DNA of 64,000 bases from a virus (lineage: Duplodnaviria > Caudoviricetes): IMG/VR virus record IMGVR_UViG_2854744553_000002, positions 2,106 through 66,105 of that record, one strand, 5' to 3'. The notes under the pieces were generated by a model that was not told where the DNA came from, did no database searches, and worked only from the letters and a program-made list of their open reading frames with translations. The position numbers and the translations under genes are program-made. This document shows positions 9,495-19,563 of this stretch, one piece after another; position 1 is the first letter of the stretch, and the number at the start of each line of letters is the position of its first letter.

Positions 9495-12400
9495 GCGGAA
9501 TGCCCCACTTGTTGCGCCCAGACGGATGCCTTGGCGGATTTGTCGACACCTGCCACGACGGTCTTGGCCGCTTTGTCGTTCGATTCGACGGTGGCCTGGA
9601 TGGTGGCGCCGGTCTGCGCCTGTTGATCGGCGCGCAGCCCTTTGACCTCTTCCCGCAGGCCCTTGATCTCGGCCACCAGGGCGTCAGTGTTCCCGCCGCC
9701 CTGGCTCGGTGCGCCGCCGAAGTAACGGCGCATTGCAGAGGCAGCTTGCGCATCCACCACCACTTCACCGCGGTGAAGCTCGGCCGCATAGCCATCAAAC
9801 GGCACGTTGGCCAGGCCGCCGGAATGGGAACCGTCGAACTTCACGCCCAGGCCGGTCGCCGTGCCCATCGCCGCCTGCAGGTTGGCGATGGCTTGCGCCA
9901 CCGTAAGCACGCTGTCGTTGATGGTGATCAGGCCCGACACCTGGGCCTTGAGCGCGTCCAGGCTGGCCTGCTGCACGTCGACCTGCGCCGAGGCCCATTT
10001 AAGCGCCTCGTTGTTGGCCGCCACCACGCGGGCGTAATCTGCCGCGTAGCGGGCGTCCGAGGCGTTGACTACCTGCGAAGCCGTCAGGAAGGCCTGTTCG
10101 GCAGCCGACAGACCGGACTGCGCCGCCGTGTCGCCGGCATTGGCCGCCGCCAGGGTTTTCTCGAACTGCGCGCGCGCCTCGGCATATTTCTGCTCTGGCG
10201 TCAGGATGGACTGGCTGCCCAGGGCCATGCTGGCGTTCAGGCCGTTGAGGGTGGACACCCACGACTTCGATTTATCCAACGCCGTCTGGGCCGCTGCCGC
10301 CTCTCTGTCGTAGGCCTTGCCCAGTGCGTCCTTGGCCGAAACAACAGCCTTGGCCGCCTGCACCTGGTCGAAGAGCGCACGGTTGACGGCGGCGATGCTG
10401 GAGCGCTGGATGGCCAGCAGTTCCGTTTCGCTTTTCGTCAATTCGTTGAGCTGCTGCTGCAGGTCACGGTGTTCGCTGGCAATTTCGTTCGCTGTTTTGA
10501 GCACCGCTGCATACTCGCCAGTTGCGGCAGCCAGTTCGGCAGCGTAGTCGGCGGCCTTCTTGAACGGCTCGGCGATGGCGATCAGCTGCGCATACATCGC
10601 TTGGCCGGCCGCCGTGCTCAGGTCCTGCGCCAGCACCAAGGCCTTGAACTGGTCAACCGTGGTCACGCCTGAAACGCCCAACTTGCCCATGGCATCGTTC
10701 ACCGACTTGGTGATCGGTGCCATGCGCTCCGCTTCCGACAGAAAATTTTCGACGAAGAAGCCGGTACCGCTGGTCAGCTTGTCAAGGCCGCCAGCCGCCG
10801 CGATCAGGCTTTCGCTCAACGCCACAGCGCCCAGGCCTGTGGTATTGAAGGACTTGCCCAGCACGGCCAGCACGTCGGAGACCTGCATGTAGTCGTTGGT
10901 GACGCGCACCAGCGTTTCCAGATAACCCTCGCCCACTGCCTGGTATTGCGCCAGGCCGGCCACGCCAAACTTGGCCATGTCGTCGCCCATTTTCGAGAAC
11001 GCCGTCTCCAGGGCTTTCTGTTGCTCTTCGCCCGACAAGTCTTTCAGCGAGATCTTGCCCAGGTCCACCACGAACGAATTGAGGTGCGCATTGAACGCAG
11101 CACCACCCAGGCCCAGCACGTCGGCTGCGCTGCGGATGGTGTCGCCCATGCTGGTGATGATCATGCTGAACTGATCGTTCATTTCATCCGACAGCGCAGC
11201 CGTTTTAGTGCTGTCCTTGCTGCTGTAGCTGATGCCGAAGGCCTTTTTCTTGGTGTTGACGTCGGCATACGCCTGGGCCGTAAAGCCCAGCGCATCCACA
11301 TTCCCCAGCGACATGGCCTTACCGGTGATGCCCTGGTCCTTGATCGAGGTCGAGGTGTTGAACAGTTTCGACACGACGCCACCGAGCACCGAACCGAGCA
11401 TAGCACCAACGGCCAAGCCCAGCGGACCGCCAATGGCCGCCATGCCCATCCCCAGATAAGTGCCGAGTGCCGCGCCGCCGACGCCGCCAGCCAGCGTGCC
11501 GGCAGCCATGCCCAGGCTGCCGCCCAGCGTGGTCGTGCCAGTTTGCACCCCCGCCGCAGCGCCGCCGCCAGCAGCAGTCACACCAGACCGCGCCAGCAGG
11601 CTGGATAAGTTGCCGATGCCGGCCACCATCTGCTTGAGGGACGAATCCATCGAAATGGTGTGCGCCAGGCCCAGTCCGGAGTTTTTCTCCATGATGGCCA
11701 GGCTGTGGGCGATCGATTCGGATTTCGCGGATGAGTCGCCCAGGATGGATCCGGTACCGGTGGCGGCCTGGCGGTCCTTGGCAGTTGTGTCCGACCCACC
11801 GCCACCAGATACTGCGAAGCCCAGCGCTGCCATCGCCGCAGCCATCGCTGCCATGCGAATCCAAGCGCTGTAAGGATCACCCTGCGCTTGCGTAGCGACC
11901 GCCACGGCGGCAGCGGATGTGCCTTTGACGGTATCGGCAGCCAGCTGCGTCGCCACGCCAGCTTGAACCGCAGCCGCTTTTGCCACCTCGCCACCCACCG
12001 TAGCTGTCGTGACAGCGGAAACGGCGAACAGTTTTTTCACCATCGATTCAATCGCCATAGCCATTTCCACGGCACGATAAGCTTTTTCAGCGCCTTCCAT
12101 TGCCCGATAGCCAGCGGTGTTCTCTTTGAAAAATCCCTTGGCCGAGCTGGCCATATCACCATAGGATTTGATCTGGGCCTGGGCGCCCTGTTGGGCGGCA
12201 GCGGCCTGGGCCTTGGCGACTTTGGTCGGGTCGCCATAGGCATCCTTGGTGGCGGCGGCCAGCTGGGCAGCGATTGCCTGCTGCTGCACGGCATAGCCAG
12301 ACAAGGCCGTCGTCAACCCGCCGATGGCAGTGCCGACCGCGCCGAACGACGCCGTCATACCTTGCGCTGCCGACTTCGTTGCGGTGTCGACAGCCGTCAG

Positions 12401-15184
12401 GATGTCCAGCAGTTCCTTGGCTTTGGCCACGTCGCCGCCCTGCTCTTGCGTCGAAGCCCTGCCTTGCACGATGCCAAGGCGTTTCATCGCTTCGATCTTG
12501 CGATTGATGCCATCGATGACCTTCTCATTGCCCTCGAAACTTGCAAGAGCAGCTTTTTGCTCTTCAAGGTCAGCGACTGCCAAAGCGGTCTTTTGCGCCG
12601 GCAACAAGCCGTAGGTGCGAATTTGCTCCTCAACAGCAGCCACCTGGGCGTTAATGGCGGCGATTTCCTTGTTTGCAGCATCGGATGCGGCAGTGGCGAT
12701 GGCCGCCTGGCGCAGGCGCTCCTCTTCGTCCCGACGGAAGCTCTCGTCAAAGAAGGCTTTCTCGGCCGCGTCACGTTTTCCGAGGATCTCGTTGATCTGC
12801 TTTTCGTGTTTCGCAGCCTCGCCGTTGGTACGGCTGTTGTGGCTGGTCAATGCATCGAGCTCCAGGTCATACGTATCAATCTGGGCTTCATATGTTTTGG
12901 TTGCATATGAGCGCTTGTTCTCGTATGCCTGTTGCACAGACAGTTCGCCACCCCTTAAATACATGTCGTCAAGCTTGCCCAATGCGTCGTAATGGGCCTT
13001 CGCGGTCGCGGCCTCTTTCTCATACTGCTTAATCTGGTCGGCAAGTTGAGTGTTTTCGACCTGGTCGGCCCTTACACCGGCCGGCTTCTTCGAAAACTCT
13101 TTGATTGTTGCCAGTCGGCGCGCCTCGATGGCTTCCGGCGTTATCATCGCTTGAATAAGTGGGTCTTCCGATTTCAGATCGATCAGCCCTTGCTGCGTCC
13201 TCCGGTTCTTCTCCAGTTCAACATTCAGGCGGCCGAGGGATTCCTCCTTGCGCTTATCGTCGGCCGCCAGCATGCGCTGCATGTCATGCATCAAAGCTGA
13301 TTTTTTCTGCTGTTCATCGCCCTGTGCAATAGCTTGGGCATCGGCAATATTCAGTTTTTCAACGGCGGCGGTCAATCCCAATACAATTTTGGTGCGAGTA
13401 GCATTCATTTCTGGCGAAATATCATCTGGAGCCCGACCCAGCCGAACATTGCTTTCTTTCAGCTGCTGGTCAAAATGACCCAAGCGAAAGCTGTAATTGT
13501 CCACGTCCTTGGCTAAAGATCCTTTCTTGGCAAAATCTCCCATCGCAGACATTGCCTCTCCAATAGCTTCCGTGACGGCATGCCAAGCGGTTGCTACCGA
13601 CCCAAGATTTTTTGCCATTTTTTCAGCACCGTCTTTCGTGGCCTTTGCAAATTCTTCCGTCGCCACAGCGGATGCCGCCTTTTGCTCACCTTCTTTTTCC
13701 AATGCGCGAATATGTGCAAATACTTCGATTGTCAAAAAGTGATAAGTATCGTCAAGCTTCAACGCGGCACGGGTAATTGCTTCCGTCGAGCGCGCGCCAT
13801 TACCCGTCATTTGCACTGCCAGTGATTCGAATTCAGCAATGGTTTTCTTAATGGTGCTGCTGCCTGCATGCTTAAGCGCGATGATCGCATCGGAGATGTA
13901 GGCAATCTGGTCGCCTGTAAATTTGCCTGTGCCGGCCAGCTCCGTAACGACCTTTTTAGCCTCACGGATACTCCCGCCCGCCTCGGTTGCCGCGTGCGCC
14001 ATCTCGTTCAACCTGTCGCTGGTCACGCCGGCATAGTTATTGGTCGAGATCAAGGCATTATTCATTTGACGCTGCTCGCCTGCGCCTTTGACCATGGCAT
14101 ACCCGACCGTTGCAATAGCCGCCGCCAGGCCCAGCACCGCCAAGCCAGCAGCGCTAAACAAAAGACTGGCGGCGCCAGTTTGCTCACCCAAAACGAGCAT
14201 CGAGCCACCAAAGCGCTGGAACTGGCCCTGGCTCAGCTCGTGAGCCAGCACCAGCAGTTCGCGCTTGGCGCTCGCCGATTGGAAGCTCAATCCCTCCATG
14301 TGCCCACCGGCCGACTTCGCGCCAGCGCCGGCCTCGGCCAGCTTGTTGATCAGCGGTGAAGCGGCGTCGGATACGCCCAACTGGGCGGCGCGGTAGGTTT
14401 GTAGCTGCTGGGTCGTCATACCCAGCGTGGCCACTTGATCCTGCAAGCTCTTGATAAAACGATCGCCAGCGGCTGCTGCCCGATCCTGTGCGCCAGCGGC
14501 GTCGCGGGCAGCCCGCTCCTCGCGATGCATGGCATCAATGCTATTGCCCAATGCCGCTGCCTTGGTCTGGGCCGCGCTACCCAAGCCCAATTCGGCAGCG
14601 CGATAGCGCTCCAGTTCACCGCGTGCCATTCCGAAAGTATCGATCTCGCGCTGCAGCTGCATCAGCATTCTGTGATTGGACTCTTCCAGGGTCCGAGCTG
14701 CGTCGGCGGCCTGCCGCATGATGCGGGTCGTGTCGGCCATCGCACCGTTGTAGTCAGCCTGCTTCTTCCAAGTACGCTCGGTGGCATTGCCGAGACTATC
14801 AATCCCAGCGGCGGCGGCCTCACTGCTACGCCAAACGCCCATCGATGCCCCCATGAAGCCGTCGAGCGTGTTGCTGCCGCCAAGGAAGACCGTACGGATA
14901 CGAGTAGCGCTGGCACCCATTGCGTCGATGGAGGTGGTTGCCGCCTCCACTTTTTGCACCACGCGCGCGCCGGCCTCGCCGACCGCATCAACGGCAGCTG
15001 CACCTTCCGCAGTTTTGCCTTTGGCATCGGCGCTGGCCTTCCCAAGCTTTTCAACTGCCGTCGTCGCGCTGCCCACCTTCTTCTCGACACTCTCGCTGGC
15101 GGTGCCAAGGCGATCCATTGCCTGGGCGCCCTGCTCCAACTGGCGCGTGTCGATCGAAAGTCCTAGTTCGGCAATGTCTGGCAT
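9491..15184 (-). CDS. Tail tape measure protein
   Basis: 1897 aa, Ala-rich helical, MPDIAELGLSID start, downstream of the tail chaperones. Confidence 0.95.
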   Translation of the reverse strand: MPDIAELGLSIDTRQLEQGAQAMDRLGTASESVEKKVGSATTAVEKLGKASADAKGKTAEGAAAVDAVGEAGARVVQKVEAATTSIDAMGASATRIRTVFLGGSNTLDGFMGASMGVWRSSEAAAAGIDSLGNATERTWKKQADYNGAMADTTRIMRQAADAARTLEESNHRMLMQLQREIDTFGMARGELERYRAAELGLGSAAQTKAAALGNSIDAMHREERAARDAAGAQDRAAAAGDRFIKSLQDQVATLGMTTQQLQTYRAAQLGVSDAASPLINKLAEAGAGAKSAGGHMEGLSFQSASAKRELLVLAHELSQGQFQRFGGSMLVLGEQTGAASLLFSAAGLAVLGLAAAIATVGYAMVKGAGEQRQMNNALISTNNYAGVTSDRLNEMAHAATEAGGSIREAKKVVTELAGTGKFTGDQIAYISDAIIALKHAGSSTIKKTIAEFESLAVQMTGNGARSTEAITRAALKLDDTYHFLTIEVFAHIRALEKEGEQKAASAVATEEFAKATKDGAEKMAKNLGSVATAWHAVTEAIGEAMSAMGDFAKKGSLAKDVDNYSFRLGHFDQQLKESNVRLGRAPDDISPEMNATRTKIVLGLTAAVEKLNIADAQAIAQGDEQQKKSALMHDMQRMLAADDKRKEESLGRLNVELEKNRRTQQGLIDLKSEDPLIQAMITPEAIEARRLATIKEFSKKPAGVRADQVENTQLADQIKQYEKEAATAKAHYDALGKLDDMYLRGGELSVQQAYENKRSYATKTYEAQIDTYDLELDALTSHNSRTNGEAAKHEKQINEILGKRDAAEKAFFDESFRRDEEERLRQAAIATAASDAANKEIAAINAQVAAVEEQIRTYGLLPAQKTALAVADLEEQKAALASFEGNEKVIDGINRKIEAMKRLGIVQGRASTQEQGGDVAKAKELLDILTAVDTATKSAAQGMTASFGAVGTAIGGLTTALSGYAVQQQAIAAQLAAATKDAYGDPTKVAKAQAAAAQQGAQAQIKSYGDMASSAKGFFKENTAGYRAMEGAEKAYRAVEMAMAIESMVKKLFAVSAVTTATVGGEVAKAAAVQAGVATQLAADTVKGTSAAAVAVATQAQGDPYSAWIRMAAMAAAMAALGFAVSGGGGSDTTAKDRQAATGTGSILGDSSAKSESIAHSLAIMEKNSGLGLAHTISMDSSLKQMVAGIGNLSSLLARSGVTAAGGGAAAGVQTGTTTLGGSLGMAAGTLAGGVGGAALGTYLGMGMAAIGGPLGLAVGAMLGSVLGGVVSKLFNTSTSIKDQGITGKAMSLGNVDALGFTAQAYADVNTKKKAFGISYSSKDSTKTAALSDEMNDQFSMIITSMGDTIRSAADVLGLGGAAFNAHLNSFVVDLGKISLKDLSGEEQQKALETAFSKMGDDMAKFGVAGLAQYQAVGEGYLETLVRVTNDYMQVSDVLAVLGKSFNTTGLGAVALSESLIAAAGGLDKLTSGTGFFVENFLSEAERMAPITKSVNDAMGKLGVSGVTTVDQFKALVLAQDLSTAAGQAMYAQLIAIAEPFKKAADYAAELAAATGEYAAVLKTANEIASEHRDLQQQLNELTKSETELLAIQRSSIAAVNRALFDQVQAAKAVVSAKDALGKAYDREAAAAQTALDKSKSWVSTLNGLNASMALGSQSILTPEQKYAEARAQFEKTLAAANAGDTAAQSGLSAAEQAFLTASQVVNASDARYAADYARVVAANNEALKWASAQVDVQQASLDALKAQVSGLITINDSVLTVAQAIANLQAAMGTATGLGVKFDGSHSGGLANVPFDGYAAELHRGEVVVDAQAASAMRRYFGGAPSQGGGNTDALVAEIKGLREEVKGLRADQQAQTGATIQATVESNDKAAKTVVAGVDKSAKASVWAQQVGHSA

Positions 15185-15194
15185 AGATCACCCA

Positions 15195-15251
15195 AAAAAA
15201 TACCCGCTCAAGGCGGGCTGTGGTCGTAAAAAAAGCCACCCTAAGGTGGCT
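15195..15251 (-). terminator. Two tandem intrinsic terminators upstream of the tape measure gene
   Basis: AGCCACC-TTAG-GGTGGCTTTTTT and CCCGC-CTTGA-GCGGGTATTTTTTT on the minus strand. Confidence 0.8.
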
Positions 15252-15283
15252 GCGGTCGCTTGAACCAGCTTTAGCTGGCCAAA

Positions 15284-15622
15284 CTAATAACTAAAATCTC
15301 CTGCCAAGCATTTTTTATAGCCTACCAAGCGAGCGCCCTTTGAATCTAACTTGACTGTAAATACATATCTTGCAACGTTTTCGAATAATAGCTCTTTCGC
15401 CAACTCGTTCTTTATCTCTTCATTGGTCGGCATCTTGGTTCGCTTAGGTGCATTTCTTTTGGTGTAGTCTTTTATATCTTGCTCGGTACCACCGGCTTCC
15501 ATAGTCCTTGCATAACCCTCAGCCAACTCCCCGACCATCAGGCAATAGCCATCACTCGGTGCAGCCGCAGCGCTGCCAAGACATAAGCCACCCACCATAA
15601 ATGCAAAGAAAAATTGCCTCAC
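15284..15622 (-). CDS. Small exported accessory protein (moron)
   Basis: GGAGG RBS then GTG; signal-peptide-like RQFFFAFMVGGLCLGSAAAA; low GC; own terminators. Confidence 0.7.
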   Translation of the reverse strand: MRQFFFAFMVGGLCLGSAAAAPSDGYCLMVGELAEGYARTMEAGGTEQDIKDYTKRNAPKRTKMPTNEEIKNELAKELLFENVARYVFTVKLDSKGARLVGYKKCLAGDFSY

Positions 15623-15711
15623 ATGCCCTCCTGTTTTCAAGGAGGCAATCTTACACCAGCACCAACAGCCGCCGGCATTTCTGCGGGCGGCTATTGCCAT
15701 AGGCTATGTCT

Positions 15712-16443
15712 TTATTTCTTCTTTGACCCAGCCAGCGTTCCTGGGATTTCAAAGCCAAGCAGGTCGGGCTGGTCATCGGCGCCGGTCAGCTCTTGCTTGT
15801 TCGAGCCGATCCTTACCCAGTCGGCGCGTGTATCGTTGCCAAGGAGAAGTCGATCAATAAATTGCTCAGCTTCCACGACCTGAGCCTTGGTCATAACTGC
15901 AAACCTGGGAGAGCCCGCATAAAAATTCATAGTCTGGTAAACCTTGTGGAACGGCAATCGATGCTTCACCATGGCACGAACGGCAGCGATTAGCAGCGGC
16001 TCGCGGTCACGCACCGAGCTGAGTTCTGGCTCTTCGATACCTTTATCAGCAAGACGACCTTCACGACGCTGGAAATAATGGTCTTCGAGGGCAGCAAACA
16101 CGCCCCACGCCTGATCCGTCTCGATCATCTTGGCGTGGCGTGCGGCGCCTCGCTCAGTCCAAAGCATGAGGGAGCGAGTCTTTGCTGAGATTTGTGACCC
16201 ACTTAAAGTTGGTCGCAAATCTGCCAGTGCTTTACCCGACACCTTGAAGAAGTGCACGCCCTGCTCGAACCGCGCCAAGTTGCGCGTGTGGTTCATTTGG
16301 ATATTTTTTACATCAGTGCCATACATCTGCGCTAGCAGCTCCGTAGTAATTACCTTTACCCCGCCCCACACAAGTGCCGGCAGTGATTCAGCCTCGACTG
16401 CGCGAATTGCCTCCAGTTCCGCTCCTCGCGGTGGCGCGCTCAT
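15712..16443 (-). CDS. ORF6N-domain DNA-binding / antirepressor-like protein
   Basis: VITTELLAQMYGT...LWTERGAARHAKMIETDQAW signature. Confidence 0.85.
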   Translation of the reverse strand: MSAPPRGAELEAIRAVEAESLPALVWGGVKVITTELLAQMYGTDVKNIQMNHTRNLARFEQGVHFFKVSGKALADLRPTLSGSQISAKTRSLMLWTERGAARHAKMIETDQAWGVFAALEDHYFQRREGRLADKGIEEPELSSVRDREPLLIAAVRAMVKHRLPFHKVYQTMNFYAGSPRFAVMTKAQVVEAEQFIDRLLLGNDTRADWVRIGSNKQELTGADDQPDLLGFEIPGTLAGSKKK

Positions 16444-17447
16444 GCTGGCACTCCAAGCGCGGCAAGCTGAGCGCTATACACGTCACGCTCCAGCGGACTA
16501 TTCGGATTAGGCGCCCGGTCAAACAGAACACCCAAGCCCTGCTCGCGCTTATATGCATCCAACTCATCGACCAATGCAGTGAGCCGTTGCTGCCAGTTAT
16601 CCATGCGCGTTTGAGCGCGCAGGTATCGGGCCAGACCTTCGCGCATCGCAGTGACGCGGATTCGCGCACCTGAAACGTCATGGCCGTCGCGCGCCAACTG
16701 GTCCAGCAACTCCACCTCCAGGGCGCGATTGCGCGGGTCCATCAGAACCTTCGGCGACAGCATGCCGTCACCGAAGCGCTCGTCGCGATCATGCGGATCG
16801 GCTGCCGCAATCGGATAGTGGTAGTTGGCCGGTTGGACCTGCTCCTCGTCAACGATTTCCCAAGTAGTGGGCACGGTCTCCATGAATTCACGGGCAACCG
16901 GAAACTGATCGGCGCGCAAATCTTCGATGGCCTCGATATTGAACTTGCGCAACAGGGCCGACGTCATATTGCGGAACGTGGGCTCGATCACCCTGCCGCG
17001 ATTCATCATGTCGGGAATCTCGTTGACCTTTTCCATGACACGACGCTGGCAAATCTCTTTCAGTGCTGCCAGCTGATCGCCGACGATGCGCGCCGGCGCC
17101 GCAGCTTGGCGCTGGCGCTCGATCTCCGCGTCCAGGATATTCAGCACCCACACGCGGAAAGCCTTGGCAGTATCAGTCCTGGCAAACATGGCCAGCAAAT
17201 GCGCACCGCGAAGACTGAAGATGCGTACGGATTGCTTGCCGCCCGCCGTCGCCAACTTGACCACTTTGGTCATGGTGGCCGTGAATTCGTCAGCGTGTTT
17301 CAAAAAAATCTTCGCCAGGGCACTGCCCTTTTGAGCATACCCAAGTGCCAGCTCAATCTCGGACATGCGAAGCCAGATTTGACCTGTGCGCGACAATGGT
17401 TTCAAGGATTCGCCTTGAAACACCAAGGGTGTCATGGTAGTATTCAT
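16440..17447 (-). CDS. Bro-N domain antirepressor (Ant-like)
   Basis: IELALGY...HADEF...RIFSLRGAHLLAMFART..AKAFRVWVL signature; downstream of an arc-like gene. Confidence 0.85.
   Translation of the reverse strand: MNTTMTPLVFQGESLKPLSRTGQIWLRMSEIELALGYAQKGSALAKIFLKHADEFTATMTKVVKLATAGGKQSVRIFSLRGAHLLAMFARTDTAKAFRVWVLNILDAEIERQRQAAAPARIVGDQLAALKEICQRRVMEKVNEIPDMMNRGRVIEPTFRNMTSALLRKFNIEAIEDLRADQFPVAREFMETVPTTWEIVDEEQVQPANYHYPIAAADPHDRDERFGDGMLSPKVLMDPRNRALEVELLDQLARDGHDVSGARIRVTAMREGLARYLRAQTRMDNWQQRLTALVDELDAYKREQGLGVLFDRAPNPNSPLERDVYSAQLAALGVPA
17415..17443 (+). promoter_or_regulatory. Sigma70 promoter antisense to ant
   Basis: TTGAAA-17 bp-TAGTAT with extended -10 TG. Confidence 0.7.
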
Positions 17448-17449
17448 TC

Positions 17450-17514
17450 CGTTAAACCTTTCAACTGGTTGACATAAGCCCCGAACCCATCTGCCAGGAT
17501 CGTTCGGGGTTTTT
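17450..17514 (+). ncRNA. Candidate Sar-like antisense RNA (about 65 nt)
   Basis: Promoter upstream; CCCCGAAC...GTTCGGGG hairpin plus T-tract at 17478-17514; complementary to the ant RBS. Confidence 0.6.
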
Positions 17515-17516
17515 CT

Positions 17517-17675
17517 TTACGGCGCAACATTCTTCTTTTCCTTATCCCTGCATTCTTTCAACTTTTGTACGATCTCGTTATTCAGAGATCGGCCATTCAC
17601 ACCTGCTTCGCACGCAAGCCAAGCGCGCAAATCTGGAGGCATCCGCAAAGGATACGCGCTCACCTGTTGACTCAT
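17517..17675 (-). CDS. Arc-family ribbon-helix-helix repressor
   Basis: AYPLRMPPDLRAWL...NGRSLNNEIVQKL; GGAG RBS before MSQQ. Confidence 0.9.
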   Translation of the reverse strand: MSQQVSAYPLRMPPDLRAWLACEAGVNGRSLNNEIVQKLKECRDKEKKNVAP

Positions 17676-17689
17676 AAATTCTCCCTTGT

Positions 17690-17755
17690 GTAGATGAATC
17701 AACTTTAGACTCTTATAGACTCAGAGTCAAGTAGATTCTTGATCCAATAAGACTC
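17690..17755. promoter_or_regulatory. Divergent promoter/operator region with repeated (T/A)AGA(C/T)TC boxes
   Basis: TAGACTC twice 10 bp apart, inverted GAGTC, TAGATTC and AAGACTC between two RHH genes. Confidence 0.6.
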
Positions 17756-17772
17756 ATCGTGCACAATGCACG

Positions 17773-18478
17773 AATGACAAAGCCATCGCAGACAACACCA
17801 TATCCCCTCCGCATGCCAGAAGAGCTACGTGCGCGCCTTGAGTCAGATGCGAAGCTCGCGGGCCGCTCTCTTCAAGCGGAGATCCTCCGGCGCCTTACCT
17901 TAACGCTTGGAAGTGACCCCTTGGCGCTTGACCCTGCACAGCTGAAAATTTCCATACCCAACAAGCTTTACAACAAAATACGGCGGGCCGCAGTCGAAAA
18001 CAGTACTCTCCCCAACGACGAAATTGCGCAACGCTTAGAAGCGTCATTTGAAATCGGGCCAAAGCAAGATAGCGTCGCTCCGATTTTCGAGCTCGCGCTT
18101 CGCTTGGCAGACTCTCAAGGACTATTTGCTGGAGTGCTTGCAGCACTATCAAAGCGACTACTTGAGCAGCATCCACCTGAGTCCTTTGGCCTAACAGAGC
18201 GCGAGTACGCAGTGACTGATCGATTGTTGTCAAAGTCGGTTCACCGAATCGATTACGACGAAAGCGACATAACTGAATTGTTAGGTATTGCAAGTTTGCT
18301 TGGTTCGATCGTGCCAAAGGAGTGGCCAGGCAATCCCAATACGGACATCCCTGCATCGCCACAAGGGTCTTCCGTATCGACAGACCCTTTACCGACAAAA
18401 CGAGTGACGCGCTCCCCGCAAAAAAAAGCCATCGAAGGTGTACAAGTACACCCGCCTGTGCCTAAAAAAAATCCATAA
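17773..18478 (+). CDS. Arc/Mnt-like repressor with two RHH-like domains
   Basis: PYPLRMPEELRARL...GRSLQAEILRRL and LKISIPNKLYNKI...NDEIAQRLEASF. Confidence 0.8.
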
Positions 18479-18906
18479 AGTTGCATTGCAATGCAACACC
18501 ATCGTTTGCAAGGGACTTATAGTCACCCGCAAATCATCAAAGGGTCGGTCAATTTGACCGACCCTTTGCATTGGCGATGGACACCGTGTCCAGCAGCCAC
18601 GCCATCCTAACTACCACCGCACCTGCCCAATCTCCAAATGCCCGCCGAAATTTGCACCGTATCGTCTACCACGCAACAACAATACACACACGAAACAGCA
18701 AAGTCATGCGGAACAGTTCGCACGACTTCTTGGTGCTCTTGTGGTATGTGCACGACCATCCTAGCGCTCCCGTGCAGCACTGTCACCCACCCTGATTGCT
18801 CAAAAGTTGTGGCAAAAAAGCGCGCTTCTCCAGTGACAATGCGATAGAGTTGCCGGAAAGTAAACCTGTAGGATTAGTATTCCAACAATCAACATGGATT
18901 ACCAAT

Positions 18907-19191
18907 ATGTCCGACCACCGCATCTCCTGCATCAACAAGACCAACAGGGCCAGCGCACACGACCGCATCGAAAATGTCGGCGGTGTTAATCCTGACGGAG
19001 CGAAATGGAAGTTATCCGTTCCTCAAGCCATCGCTGACATCGAGACTGGCAAGTACAGCTTTTATGTTTCAGTAAATGGCCAAACTGTTCGGGTAATTGT
19101 TGCCACTAGCGCTGCAGGCAACAAATACCTCAAAACTCAGAATGATGGAGAGCAACCCAACAATCTGCTAAGCCTGCCCGAATGCCCATAA
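18907..19191 (+). CDS. DUF3892-like protein
   Basis: RISCINK...HDRIENVGG...[19 protein letters not shown] signature. Confidence 0.85.
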   Translation: MSDHRISCINKTNRASAHDRIENVGGVNPDGAKWKLSVPQAIADIETGKYSFYVSVNGQTVRVIVATSAAGNKYLKTQNDGEQPNNLLSLPECP

Positions 19192-19201
19192 CGGAGTGCC
19201 G

Positions 19202-19402
19202 ATGGACTCACGCCTTACGTTCATCTGCGACAGCTGCGGAAGTGACAAGTTCGCAATACCCAGTGACCCAAAGCCCGATGACATGATCTCCTGCGCTGGG
19301 TGTGGAAACGCTGCTAGGTATGTCGACCTTCAAGAGAGCGCCGTCAAGCAAGCTAAGGAACTTGTTCAAAAGACGTTCGCCGGACTCTTCCGAAAGAGCT
19401 AA
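19202..19402 (+). CDS. Small zinc-ribbon protein
   Basis: CDSC...CAGC pairs followed by an amphipathic helix; GGAG RBS. Confidence 0.7.
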   Translation: MDSRLTFICDSCGSDKFAIPSDPKPDDMISCAGCGNAARYVDLQESAVKQAKELVQKTFAGLFRKS

Positions 19403-19563
19403 AAGTCGCTGCGAAAAAGCAGCTACCTCGATTTGAGCCTCCGGTGACAACCTGAGGCCCAACACACCTCCACCGCTTTCCATACTCACCTCCTCACTCT
19501 TAATCGCATTAATACTTACAAAGTTTCGTGGCATAAAATTGAGCCGCGAATCCGCCGCAGGCA

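Noticed and set aside
18571-18847. Short ORFs 18571-18795 and 18638-18847
   Set aside because: No RBS or recognisable protein features; the region is better explained as non-coding.
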